DNA of 57,676 bases from an uncultured virus (IMG/VR IMGVR_UViG_3300035210_000191) (lineage: Duplodnaviria; Heunggongvirae; Uroviricota; Caudoviricetes), in IMG/VR virus record IMGVR_UViG_3300035210_000191, one strand, 5' to 3'. The position numbers and the translations under genes were made by a program. Below, in pieces: positions 48,318-57,676 of this stretch. The notes beneath the pieces are model-generated. The model saw only the letters and a program-made list of their open reading frames with translations. It did no database searches and was not told the origin of the DNA. Each line of letters opens with the position of its first letter. Position 1 is the first letter of the stretch.

Positions 48318-49247
48318 TTAAATCTTCAGCATTTCAACGAGTACAAAATACTCTTTCAATTCTTCTGGTGTTATTCCATCCATATCTGACTTATTAATTT
48401 TCAGTGTTTTAGAAATAGATGTTTTCATTTCTTTGTAAAACTCTTTATCAAAAAAATCTTTTAACTCTGTTTCGTCCATTGAAATTGAAGGCAATGTATC
48501 AATGCATTCTCTTCTCAATTTGTCATCGTTTGCCATAAAATAGACAATAGCCTTTCCTGTTAATGGAATCACACAGGTTGCTTTTCGAGACTCTGAATAT
48601 GGTAATCTTATTTTGAAATAAGGGTGCATTGTGTTATCAGAGTGAGCTAGATAATCAATAGATACACTAATGTAGGATTTTTTGTAGTGAGTAGTGCCAC
48701 GATAACCAGAAACCCCTTTCTGCAGGATATTATTAAAAGTTACTGTACCAAAGTTATTGTCACCAATGGTAATAGTTCCAGAATAATGATTGGTGTTTAA
48801 ATGAGTTTTCATCACTTTTTTGTATTTTCTCACTGCAAGGCTTTTAAACAGTCCACATTCAATTCCTTTCTCAACAAAGAGTTTAAGAACAGTAAACATT
48901 CTATCAAAATCTGGATTGTAGGTCTTTTGTAAGAGTTCCACAATTTCTTTGCCTTTAAGTCTTCTGTCTTTGTGTTGATCTTCGTCAAAATTACGAACAC
49001 GATCTCCCAGTTGTTTAAATTTAATTTCTGGGTAGTAGGACTTTTGATCACTTTTTGAATTTTTTTTGTTATAAAACTCAATATACAATTCCCAATTATC
49101 ATCAGTTATTGCCGTATAGGTTGTGACAGAGATGTTGAAATCCGTATAGGGCTTGAACTCTTCATTAAATTTGACAAAATTGAACACTTTTGAAAACAGA
49201 GTGACCAGATGATTGGCTTCTGGGTGGTTCGGATAGGTATTAAACAT
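48318..49247 (-). CDS. tandem-array paralog 4 of 9
   Basis: family motifs; ends LVEMLKI. Confidence 0.8.
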   Translation of the reverse strand: MFNTYPNHPEANHLVTLFSKVFNFVKFNEEFKPYTDFNISVTTYTAITDDNWELYIEFYNKKNSKSDQKSYYPEIKFKQLGDRVRNFDEDQHKDRRLKGKEIVELLQKTYNPDFDRMFTVLKLFVEKGIECGLFKSLAVRKYKKVMKTHLNTNHYSGTITIGDNNFGTVTFNNILQKGVSGYRGTTHYKKSYISVSIDYLAHSDNTMHPYFKIRLPYSESRKATCVIPLTGKAIVYFMANDDKLRRECIDTLPSISMDETELKDFFDKEFYKEMKTSISKTLKINKSDMDGITPEELKEYFVLVEMLKI

Positions 49248-49362
49248 AATATACTCCAAAAATATTTAATAATTGTATCATAAATAAATATTGATTGCTA
49301 TTTTTTTTGCAATAAAAAAAGACCTTTCTTAAGGTCTTTTATCGGACTTCATGAAAAGTCAG

Positions 49363-50304
49363 TTAAAACTTTACCATTTCTATTAGAATGAAATGGCTTT
49401 TCAATTCATCATCGGTCATTTTAACTAATTCAGTTCTTTTTATTTTCAGGGTTTTAGAAATGACATTTATTATTTCTTTTTTAAAGTTATCTCTAAAGAA
49501 TAATTCTAAATAAGCATTGTCAGTTGGGTGTTCTTTAAGGTTGTCAATATAGTCTTCTTTCAAATGACTGTCTTCACTGACAAAATACATTTTTGAACAA
49601 TCAAAAGAAAGAATGCAGTGTATTTTTTTGTGTGATGAATAGGGTAATTTAATTTTGAAGTATGGGTTAATTTTATTATCTTTACTAATGAGATACAAGA
49701 AATCTATACTTAAATGAGATTTTTTAAATTTCGTTTCATTTGCTCTTAATGTTTGCAGCACATTATTAAAAGTTATTTTTGCAGCGACTCTGCTGTTAAA
49801 AAACAACCTATTGTAACCATTGTAGGTGTTTTCATACCTGTAAAATTGCGTGCTAACATCTCCATTATGTGGAATTACTTTCACACTATTATAGATACCT
49901 GTGTTAATACCTTGTTGAAGATAGATTTCAATTATCTCCATCGCTCTTTTAAAGTCAGGTTTATATATTTTTTGAAAGTGCTCCATTATTTTTTCTGCTT
50001 GTAGCTTATTAGCGATTTCTTCATCAGGTGTTGCTGGTCTTTTAACACCTTTGTAATCAGAATGGTCTTGTTTTCTATTTTTTTCAAATTCTACAACAGG
50101 GTAATAGTATTTCGAATCAAGACCTTTGGCTTTATCTGTTTCAAACGTTGCTGTAATACTCCAATTATCATCAGTAGTTGCCACATAGGCTATTGAGTCA
50201 TACCACTTATGTTTAGTTTCATCGAAGTCTACAATATTTAATACAGGTTTAAATAATTTAACCAATTGATTGATTTCTTCATGATTATGGTGTTTTTCAA
50301 ACAA
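49363..50304 (-). CDS. tandem-array paralog 5 of 9
   Basis: probable TTG start after GGAG; ends LIEMVKF. Confidence 0.78.
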   Translation of the reverse strand: MFEKHHNHEEINQLVKLFKPVLNIVDFDETKHKWYDSIAYVATTDDNWSITATFETDKAKGLDSKYYYPVVEFEKNRKQDHSDYKGVKRPATPDEEIANKLQAEKIMEHFQKIYKPDFKRAMEIIEIYLQQGINTGIYNSVKVIPHNGDVSTQFYRYENTYNGYNRLFFNSRVAAKITFNNVLQTLRANETKFKKSHLSIDFLYLISKDNKINPYFKIKLPYSSHKKIHCILSFDCSKMYFVSEDSHLKEDYIDNLKEHPTDNAYLELFFRDNFKKEIINVISKTLKIKRTELVKMTDDELKSHFILIEMVKF

Positions 50305-50388
50305 GGGATTCTCCAAATTATTAATATAAATATCATAACATTAAAAACAACAAATACCATTGTATACGGATAATTTGATAGACTATTT

Positions 50389-51294
50389 TTACAACTCCAT
50401 CATCTCAACCAGAGTAAAATAGTCTTTTAATTCCTCGCTGGTCAATCCGTCTAACTCTTTTTCAGTAATTTTAAGGGTTTTAGAAATAATGTATACCATT
50501 TCATCTTTAAATTGATTTTTAAAAAATGATTTTAGAGAAGCAGGATCGGATGAGAACTTCATTACCTGATTAAAATAACCTTCTTTAAAAACGTTGTCTG
50601 CGTTGGTAAAATAAATCGTTGATTCGCCAGACAATGGAATGACACACGTCACTTTACGTTCAGTAGAATAAGGAATTCTAAGGACAAAATATGGTTTCAT
50701 TTTATTATCGTCACTGACTATATGCATAATTTTTACACTAATAGTTGCCTTTTTAAAAGCCGAGCTGTTTTTTCCTGAACCCTTTTTAAGAACATTGTTA
50801 AATGTTATATTTGCGATATTTTTTTCACAAAATCTCAAGTTTTTATAATAATCATCCACAATAAAGTGAGAACTCATACTTGGAGTGTATTTTTTCATCT
50901 CAACAGAGTGAAATAAACCCGATTTAACACCTTCGTCTATAAACAGTTGAATGACAGTTTTCACTTTCTCAAAATCAGGTTTATATACTTTTTCAAATTG
51001 TTCAACAATTTTTTTACATGTATTCTTTTTTTCAAACGTCATATAATTGTTTTTCAATTTTTTAAAGGTTATTTCTGGGCAAAAATGTTTGTGATTTTGA
51101 TTCGCTAAGAATCTGTTATGGAAAGAAACAATTAGACTCCAATCATCACTATTTGTGGCTTCATATACTGACTCACCGATATCAGTTTGATACTTTTTCT
51201 TGTTATCTTCTTTAAAACTAGAAAACACAAATAATGGTGACAATTTTTCAACAAGATCGTTTACTTCTGTATAGTTGGGCATTTCTGAAAACAT
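50389..51294 (-). CDS. tandem-array paralog 6 of 9
   Basis: family motifs; ends LVEMMEL. Confidence 0.8.
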   Translation of the reverse strand: MFSEMPNYTEVNDLVEKLSPLFVFSSFKEDNKKKYQTDIGESVYEATNSDDWSLIVSFHNRFLANQNHKHFCPEITFKKLKNNYMTFEKKNTCKKIVEQFEKVYKPDFEKVKTVIQLFIDEGVKSGLFHSVEMKKYTPSMSSHFIVDDYYKNLRFCEKNIANITFNNVLKKGSGKNSSAFKKATISVKIMHIVSDDNKMKPYFVLRIPYSTERKVTCVIPLSGESTIYFTNADNVFKEGYFNQVMKFSSDPASLKSFFKNQFKDEMVYIISKTLKITEKELDGLTSEELKDYFTLVEMMEL

Positions 51295-51327
51295 AATAAT
51301 CTCCGGTGGTGAATTATTTCAATAATT

Positions 51328-52236
51328 TTAAATCTTAACCATTTCGACAAGAATAAAGTACTCTTTCAATTCATCATTTGATAAACCAGTTAATTCAGAC
51401 TTCTTAATTTTTAATGCACCCACAATCACGTTCTTGACTTCATTTTGTAGTTCTTTTTCAAAGAAGTCTGATAATGATTTGTCATCCATTGAAACTTTTT
51501 CATTCAGGTTGTCCACATATTTTTCTTTTAACACGTTATCTGTTTCGGCTATATACATTTTAGAGCTTCTGCTCAATGGAATGATACAAGTCACTTTCTT
51601 TGTTGCTGAATAAGGTAGTCGGATTTTAAAGTAAGGCTTTAATTCATTATCTGAGCTGACCAAATAAATGATTTCTATATTGATGTAAGCTTTCGTGAAT
51701 GAACGACCTAAAGAACAATTATTTTTTTGAAGCACTTTATTTAACATGACAGTCGCATAGTTAGTGCCATTAAATGATATCTTCTGATAATACTTGTGCA
51801 TACCAAAGTAGTTACTGAGATGTTGCGTTTCATCTTTTAATTTCACATGATTAAACATACCAATATCAATACCTTTTTTTACAAAAATATCAATAAGGTT
51901 ACGAACTTGATCAAAATCAGGGGCATAGTTATTTTGAAATAGTTCAGTGAGTTCAGCCACCTTGTCTAGTTTTATGGCAGTCAGATAATCTGATACAGTG
52001 CGTTCAAACCTAATTTCAGGATAATAATGTTTTTGATCGTGTTTGCTTCGAAAACGGTTATTGAATGATACAACCAGTTTCCAATTATCATCAGTGCTGG
52101 CACTGTAAATAGTGGAGCCAATATCTCGCTCATAGCTTTTATGATTCTCTTCATGAAAGGTTGTGAAATTAAATACTGATGAAACCTGTTCTACCAGTTT
52201 ATTAACATCCTCACAATTCTTATATTTTTCAAACAT
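51328..52236 (-). CDS. tandem-array paralog 7 of 9
   Basis: family motifs; ends LVEMVKI. Confidence 0.8.
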   Translation of the reverse strand: MFEKYKNCEDVNKLVEQVSSVFNFTTFHEENHKSYERDIGSTIYSASTDDNWKLVVSFNNRFRSKHDQKHYYPEIRFERTVSDYLTAIKLDKVAELTELFQNNYAPDFDQVRNLIDIFVKKGIDIGMFNHVKLKDETQHLSNYFGMHKYYQKISFNGTNYATVMLNKVLQKNNCSLGRSFTKAYINIEIIYLVSSDNELKPYFKIRLPYSATKKVTCIIPLSRSSKMYIAETDNVLKEKYVDNLNEKVSMDDKSLSDFFEKELQNEVKNVIVGALKIKKSELTGLSNDELKEYFILVEMVKI

Positions 52237-52276
52237 AATTGGCTCCAAATAATTACCTAATTATAGCATACTTTCA

Positions 52277-53191
52277 TTAATATTGCACCATATCAATCAG
52301 TGTATAATATTGTTTTAATTCATCCATTGATAAAACTCCTACTTCCTTTTTATCTAAATTAAGCTTTTTAGCAATGCTAATTCTCATTTCATTTTGAAAA
52401 CACACTTTTAAGTAATCTTTAAAATCTTTTTCATTATTAGAGATAGCTGTTAATGTATCAATGTATTTATTTTTCCACAATGCATCTTTTTCAAAAAGAT
52501 AAAGTTCATTTTTATTTTCAAAAGACATCAAACAAGTCAGTTTCTTATCTGCATTGTAAGGCAGCGTTATTTTGAAATAAGGATGAAGCGTTTCATCAGA
52601 ATGGACTAAATACACAATTTCCATTTTCAATAGGGATTTTTTGTAATGAGAATTTTGATATCCCTGCCCTTGCTGAAGAACTTTGTTGTGAATAATCATC
52701 ATGACTTTTTTCTCAATAAAGCTTAATGTGCCGTGACGGTGACTATCAATAGTTAGATGACTAGTCATTTGAGGTGAATAGCATAACTCTTCGTTATTTA
52801 TGATAAGACACGATTCAATACCTTGTTCGACAAACCATTTGATAATTGTCATAGGAAGACTAAAATCAGGGTTATACTTTTCGTGTATTCTTTCACTCAG
52901 GGATTCTGCAAAATCGTAAAGTGCATAATTTCTGACGTTATTAAAATCTTTGTTAGTAACTGATATCTCTGCTTTATATTGTTTTTTAGCAGTCTTTTCT
53001 TTTGTGTTGCTTCGAAAGCGAATCAGAAAATTCCAGTCATTATCAATCGTGGTTGCTTTATAATCAGTACATCCAATGTCACGATTCATATTGAATCCAT
53101 TTTCGACATTAAGACTTTTAAATTGATAAAAGTCTTTAAATTGTTCTAAAAAGTGATAAGCTTCTTTGCTATTGGGATATTTTTCAAACAT
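52277..53191 (-). CDS. tandem-array paralog 8 of 9
   Basis: family motifs; ends LIDMVQY. Confidence 0.8.
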   Translation of the reverse strand: MFEKYPNSKEAYHFLEQFKDFYQFKSLNVENGFNMNRDIGCTDYKATTIDNDWNFLIRFRSNTKEKTAKKQYKAEISVTNKDFNNVRNYALYDFAESLSERIHEKYNPDFSLPMTIIKWFVEQGIESCLIINNEELCYSPQMTSHLTIDSHRHGTLSFIEKKVMMIIHNKVLQQGQGYQNSHYKKSLLKMEIVYLVHSDETLHPYFKITLPYNADKKLTCLMSFENKNELYLFEKDALWKNKYIDTLTAISNNEKDFKDYLKVCFQNEMRISIAKKLNLDKKEVGVLSMDELKQYYTLIDMVQY

Positions 53192-53227
53192 AGATAACTC
53201 CAAATAATTATTGATTACGATAAAAGT

Positions 53228-54145
53228 TTAAATGTTTACCATTTCAACAAGCACAAAATATTCTTTCAATTCATTAATGGTTAAGTCTTTCAAATCTGTT
53301 TTACTAATTTTCAAGCGAGTAGAAATTGTATTTTTGATTTGCCTCTCAAAGAGTTGTGTGAACAGGTCTTTGAGCTTACATTCAGTCAATGCTTCTGGTG
53401 TTTGTTGGTCAACGTGGTATTTATCCAAATGACCATCATCCAAAAAGAAATACACTTTATCTCCCAACATAGAGAGAACACAACTGATTTTCTTATTTTC
53501 AAAATACGGCAACCGAAGTTTAAAATAAGGGTGCATTGTATTATCAGAATGCACCAAGTAGATAAAATCTACATTGATGTAAGATTTCTTAAAATGTTTT
53601 GACTGGATACCTTCGCCTTTTTGAAGGACATTATTAAAATATACATCGGCCACGTTTTGATCTGTAATATGAATTTTATTGTCATAATAATGAGCTAAAA
53701 TATGTGATTCCATACTTTTTTTGTAGTATTTTTTATCCACTACGTTAATAACGCCTGCTTGGGTGCCTACATCAATGAACCAATCCATAATTTCAGTAAT
53801 TCTATCAAAATTAGGCGTATACATTGTTTCTAACATGCGAACAATCGTTTGAGCGTCATTTCTAATTTTATCAGAGTTGAACACTTGAACTTCATTGTCA
53901 ACAAAAACGAGTTTGGCGATCTTATGTTTCCGTTGTGTTTGATTTTTATGTGTTTCGAGTGGGTTCATGAAGATGACTTCAAGATCCCTTTGACCTGCTT
54001 GTGAAGTGGCTTCATACACAGTTTTAAAGACATAACCATGCCTGTCAGCGTAGTTTGCTTCTTTGAAATTACTGAATTTAAAATCATTTTCGAACGACTC
54101 CAAAAGAGCATTAACTTCAAGATGATTGGGATAGATTTCAAACAT
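53228..54145 (-). CDS. tandem-array paralog 9 of 9
   Basis: family motifs; ends LVEMVNI. Confidence 0.8.
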   Translation of the reverse strand: MFEIYPNHLEVNALLESFENDFKFSNFKEANYADRHGYVFKTVYEATSQAGQRDLEVIFMNPLETHKNQTQRKHKIAKLVFVDNEVQVFNSDKIRNDAQTIVRMLETMYTPNFDRITEIMDWFIDVGTQAGVINVVDKKYYKKSMESHILAHYYDNKIHITDQNVADVYFNNVLQKGEGIQSKHFKKSYINVDFIYLVHSDNTMHPYFKLRLPYFENKKISCVLSMLGDKVYFFLDDGHLDKYHVDQQTPEALTECKLKDLFTQLFERQIKNTISTRLKISKTDLKDLTINELKEYFVLVEMVNI

Positions 54146-54210
54146 AGCATTCTCCACAAATATTTGTCATATTATACCATAAAACATTAAAAATTACTAT
54201 TTAAACAGAC

Positions 54211-54235
54211 AAAAAAACCTCCGAAGAGGCTTTTT
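54211..54235 (-). terminator. intrinsic terminator, C(UUCG)G loop on minus strand
   Basis: minus strand AGCCTC-TTCG-GAGGTT plus T-tract. Confidence 0.75.
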
Positions 54236-54265
54236 ATTTATTTCTTAACTGTTCCTATGAGAGCA

Positions 54266-54958
54266 TTAAAACTTCTTAAACATTCCCTTAAGAACATTAA
54301 AGGCTTCTTCACAATCTTCTTCATAAGGTACATGCATACTTTTTGTCCAAACCTTACCTGTCATGTTAAGGAAAGCGTTCATGAAGCGAACCTCAGCCAT
54401 ATAATCCAGATGTTCTTCTTTAAAGTTATCTGGAATTACATAGTGGGATACCAGATTAGATGGCAATGTATCAACGTAGTTCATCGGTTTTAGATCTCGT
54501 GCCATTTTAGCAATGGGATCAGTTTCAACGTAGTTTTTTAACAGTTTCTGATATTCTGTGAAATTGATCATTTCCATTTTATTAGTGTTATAGCTGTTTA
54601 GAACTTTGAGATCATTTAAAACTGAATCAAAAACATGTTCATGACAAGCAAAAAAATCAATAATGTATTCTTTCTCATTGATGGTAACGACCTTATCATC
54701 ACCACGAAGCCAGTCAAATTCTTCCCACGTCAGTGAACGACCCATTATTGATGATATCATATCCATCATGACCTCACCACGTTGTTTATCTCGAATATAG
54801 AAATCTTCGCTAAACTCACCTCTCACTGCAATAGGAAATGGATGAGCGTTTTCATTGGCGTAAGCGGTTTCAACATATTTCTTTCGTATAAGAATAGGAA
54901 TGACAACCGCGTTTGGGCTGTCATAGAAGGGAAAGCTAGTAATTGAGCAGTTTCTCAT
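54266..54958 (-). CDS. hypothetical protein
   Basis: 230 aa, GAGG RBS. Confidence 0.75.
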   Translation of the reverse strand: MRNCSITSFPFYDSPNAVVIPILIRKKYVETAYANENAHPFPIAVRGEFSEDFYIRDKQRGEVMMDMISSIMGRSLTWEEFDWLRGDDKVVTINEKEYIIDFFACHEHVFDSVLNDLKVLNSYNTNKMEMINFTEYQKLLKNYVETDPIAKMARDLKPMNYVDTLPSNLVSHYVIPDNFKEEHLDYMAEVRFMNAFLNMTGKVWTKSMHVPYEEDCEEAFNVLKGMFKKF

Positions 54959-55017
54959 GAGTTGTCCTCTTGTAGTGTGTCGATTATACCATAGAACAGC
55001 CTAAAAGAAAACCTTAT

Positions 55018-55524
55018 TTAATAATTTGACCCGAGCATATAATGATTATAAAATTCAGCTTTTACTTCAAACTGAACCTTAATTTCGTATTTTACAAGCG
55101 TTATATACAGTTTTGTATTATTAGTTGATAGCTGTGGTTGTTTGACTTGAAATCCTTTTTCTTCTAAAATTATCAAGGATTCACAAAGTGCTTTTTTAGT
55201 ATTATTATTTGCCAATTCTGATATCAATGACGATATATCTTTAAAATCAACAAAATCAGAGCTTTTATTTTGTTGTAGTGTATTCATTACTTCCACTCTG
55301 GCGTAGTTAAAATCTTTATCATTGTCTTTTATAACATTAAAAGGATAAGGTGTTTCTCCAAAATAGAAAGAAGCTGCCTGACCCGTAAATTCTACATCAT
55401 CAATAATGACATTAGTGGTGTCGCTTGTTATGGTTAGGGGTTCGGATCTGCTTTGACCTAACAAGAATGCCAATACTTTGGCTAATTTTACACAGGTTTC
55501 TTTATCTTTAATAGCTTGGCTCAT
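55018..55524 (-). CDS. hypothetical protein
   Basis: 168 aa, GAGG RBS. Confidence 0.7.
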   Translation of the reverse strand: MSQAIKDKETCVKLAKVLAFLLGQSRSEPLTITSDTTNVIIDDVEFTGQAASFYFGETPYPFNVIKDNDKDFNYARVEVMNTLQQNKSSDFVDFKDISSLISELANNNTKKALCESLIILEEKGFQVKQPQLSTNNTKLYITLVKYEIKVQFEVKAEFYNHYMLGSNY

Positions 55525-55538
55525 TTTAATATCCTCAG

Positions 55539-56321
55539 TTATTTAAACATGGTTTGCAATTCTTTAAACTTTTCATCATTCTTTATGTCTTGAATAGTTT
55601 TTAGGTTGTCATTTATCTCTTTGTTTTCAAAATAAACAGTAATAGCATCCATATAGTTACTATCATTACGGTCATCAATCACTTTTATAATACTCTTATC
55701 TTTGGTATAAACATTTCTGTTGAGATTATCTTCTGCTAGAAATGAAAAGAATGGTTTATCTTCTTCATAGCCTAATGCAATAAGCTCTTTTCTAAATTTT
55801 TGTTTAATGTAATCTTTTTGTGTTCTTGTTATGTTTTCATCATTTTTAGTCATATCACCATTGGCATAGTTAAATTCAAACTTTGATTGTATCTTAATAT
55901 TTAATTTAACTTTGGTAACATAACCATACGAATAATCATAAGAAACATTATAATTACCTTTTTCATTGGTAATATTTAAATCATTGTAGGCTGATTTTGC
56001 AATATTTAGTTTTAATATGGAACCACCTTCAACTGTTTTTATTGATTCTATATAAGGAGTTAACACTTCATATTTATTAAGGCTTTGAAAATAAAATCTT
56101 CTTTCTTTTTCTTTCGAATACATACCCTTTTTGTTGAAAAAATTATAATTGTCTGTTTCTTCAGGTATGAATATTTCAATGGAATCTTTTTTACCCGGTA
56201 ATTCTATTAAAGTCTTTATATTAGGTGGAAAACTTATTGAGGTTTCATTTATTGATGGCTCGCTGGCTAAAACATTCACAGATATGAACAGTCCAGCAAA
56301 AAATGTTAAAAATTTGTTCAT
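55539..56321 (-). CDS. secreted hypothetical protein
   Basis: AGGAG RBS; signal peptide MNKFLTFFAGLFISVNVLA. Confidence 0.72.
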   Translation of the reverse strand: MNKFLTFFAGLFISVNVLASEPSINETSISFPPNIKTLIELPGKKDSIEIFIPEETDNYNFFNKKGMYSKEKERRFYFQSLNKYEVLTPYIESIKTVEGGSILKLNIAKSAYNDLNITNEKGNYNVSYDYSYGYVTKVKLNIKIQSKFEFNYANGDMTKNDENITRTQKDYIKQKFRKELIALGYEEDKPFFSFLAEDNLNRNVYTKDKSIIKVIDDRNDSNYMDAITVYFENKEINDNLKTIQDIKNDEKFKELQTMFK

Positions 56322-56449
56322 GGTTAAATCTCCTTTTGCAAAGAAATATACCTTAAGGAATAGAAAAGTCAATTTTTACAAAGAAAAAACTGGATTATTT
56401 AATTATATTTGATACTATATTGAGACTTGTTATATTGTGGAGAATGATT

Positions 56450-56971
56450 ATGGAATGTGTAGTTAAGATACAGTTAAAAGAAAATGCACCTATCAAGAAA
56501 ATCCTTGGTATCTTTAAAGTCAATAAAGCGAAAGAACGAGCTTCATTACTGGAAAAAGACAATGAGTATTTTAATCTTAAAAATGTATTGTCTATTCCTT
56601 ATGGGATGCTAGGCGAAGATCCTCAAATTGTTATGGACTTCATTGTCTTTAAACTCACCGAAGCTTATGGCGTTCCTGAACTTCATGTGACTTCTGGTCA
56701 ATCTTTGCCTTGTTATTATATCAATAATACCAAAACTTTTCTAACGATGGACAACGAGCTGCAGCCTTATGGTATTAAGTTAGATGATTTCACACATTTA
56801 ACCATTGAAGATGCAATTGCATTAAGGAATGATAAGACCGTTGACCATTCTATTGGCTTTGTGGAAAGTCGAACAATCATAGACAGCCAGTCAGAAGGGA
56901 TTAAAACAGAAGTTAAAGACGCCATAGAACGAGCTGAATTCATTCTTTATGACCATTTGGACAAAAAATAG
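56450..56971 (+). CDS. hypothetical protein
   Basis: GGAG RBS before MECVV. Confidence 0.7.
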   Translation: MECVVKIQLKENAPIKKILGIFKVNKAKERASLLEKDNEYFNLKNVLSIPYGMLGEDPQIVMDFIVFKLTEAYGVPELHVTSGQSLPCYYINNTKTFLTMDNELQPYGIKLDDFTHLTIEDAIALRNDKTVDHSIGFVESRTIIDSQSEGIKTEVKDAIERAEFILYDHLDKK

Positions 56972-57034
56972 GCTTCATTATTTTAATATTGGTTTTTTAT
57001 GTTAAAATTGGTATATTGAACATGAGATTTTAAT

Positions 57035-57676
57035 ATGGAACCTATTGAGTTAAGAAAGGATTTGTTGATTTGGATTGATTTGGAAACCACAGGTCTTGAT
57101 GAAGATGACAATCTGAATGGTGTTCATACTCATAAAATCCTTGAAGTTGGAATGCACATCACTGACGCCAACTATAATATTATTGATAAAGGCTTTGAAA
57201 TTGTTATTCATCATAAAGAATCTGACGTATTGGCGTTGATGAGTGATTATGTAAGAGATATGCATACTAACAATGGACTACTTGAGAAGGTTAAGAATTC
57301 TCCATTTTCTTTGGCTATGGCCGAAAAGATGATGTTAGATTATGTGAAAGATTTTAATATTTCACCACGTTCGAGTCCGATTTGTGGAAACAATGTGGGA
57401 TTTGATAAGAACTTCATTACGGCACAAATGCCTACTTTTGATAAGTTCCTACACTACCGCAAACTTGATGTCAGCAGCTTTAAAGAAGTCGCATGGAGAC
57501 AATATCCAGAGATTGCTGCTCAACTTCAAAAGCCTAACAAGCATAGAGGACTTGATGATATTCAAGAATCCATTAAGGAATTAAAATTCTATTTAAATAA
57601 TCTCTTCATACCACAAACACCTAAAATAGAAGACAAACCTGAAACACCACAAAATATTAAAAAATTTAAACCTTAA
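57035..57676 (+). CDS. orn: oligoribonuclease (DEDDh exonuclease)
   Basis: LIWIDLETTGLD, MHTNNGL, ICGNNVGFD, HYRKLDVSS, HRGLDDIQESIKEL. Confidence 0.93.
   Translation: MEPIELRKDLLIWIDLETTGLDEDDNLNGVHTHKILEVGMHITDANYNIIDKGFEIVIHHKESDVLALMSDYVRDMHTNNGLLEKVKNSPFSLAMAEKMMLDYVKDFNISPRSSPICGNNVGFDKNFITAQMPTFDKFLHYRKLDVSSFKEVAWRQYPEIAAQLQKPNKHRGLDDIQESIKELKFYLNNLFIPQTPKIEDKPETPQNIKKFKP

Noticed and set aside
46391..54157. Apparent conserved N-terminal 'ME(N/Y/S/P/L)xMF' in the array paralogs
   Set aside because: Artefact of the ORF caller starting at TTG/GTG within the (T/G)TGGAG Shine-Dalgarno; the true starts are four codons downstream.
1..57676. Stop-codon reassignment, as in some jumbo phages
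   Set aside because: Recognisable genes are full length and end at TAA, TAG or TGA under code 11; no suppressor tRNA is present.
1..57676. CRISPR array, integrase/transposase, or reverse transcriptase/DGR explaining the paralog diversity
   Set aside because: No regularly spaced identical repeats and no such enzyme motifs were seen.

Overview
AT-rich (roughly 30% GC by eye), gene-dense segment that looks like the accessory/host-takeover region of a large (jumbo-type) phage of a gammaproteobacterium. No structural or replication genes are present, so the phage assignment is inferred from the many short sigma70-driven units, C(UUCG)G terminators, tandem paralog arrays and host-like auxiliary genes. 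Recognisable genes: S49 peptidase (SohB-like), Nudix hydrolase, tyrosyl-tRNA synthetase, 2OG-Fe(II) oxygenase, MazG-like, MYG1-like, PspC, nucleoside 2-deoxyribosyltransferase, two HAD phosphatases, a metallophosphoesterase and oligoribonuclease. The most unusual locus is 37.7-39.0 kb. A Ser/Tyr-rich leader peptide (MKPTFAVSYYYSSYSS) with attenuator-like hairpins precedes an array holding only tRNA-Ser(UGA) x3 and tRNA-Tyr(GUA) x3. The same array carries a D-armless pseudoknotted tRNA-Tyr-like RNA and two ~52-nt CCA-ended mini-hairpin RNAs, and it is followed by a frameshifted toxin-immunity-like cassette. Separately, about 23 proteins from apparently unrelated families share a C-terminal hydrophobic-x-M-x-x-(I/L/F/Y) motif, a candidate sorting tag. 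Many start codons were moved from the ORF track to the ATG following a Shine-Dalgarno sequence. Product calls come from motif recognition only; no database searches were run.
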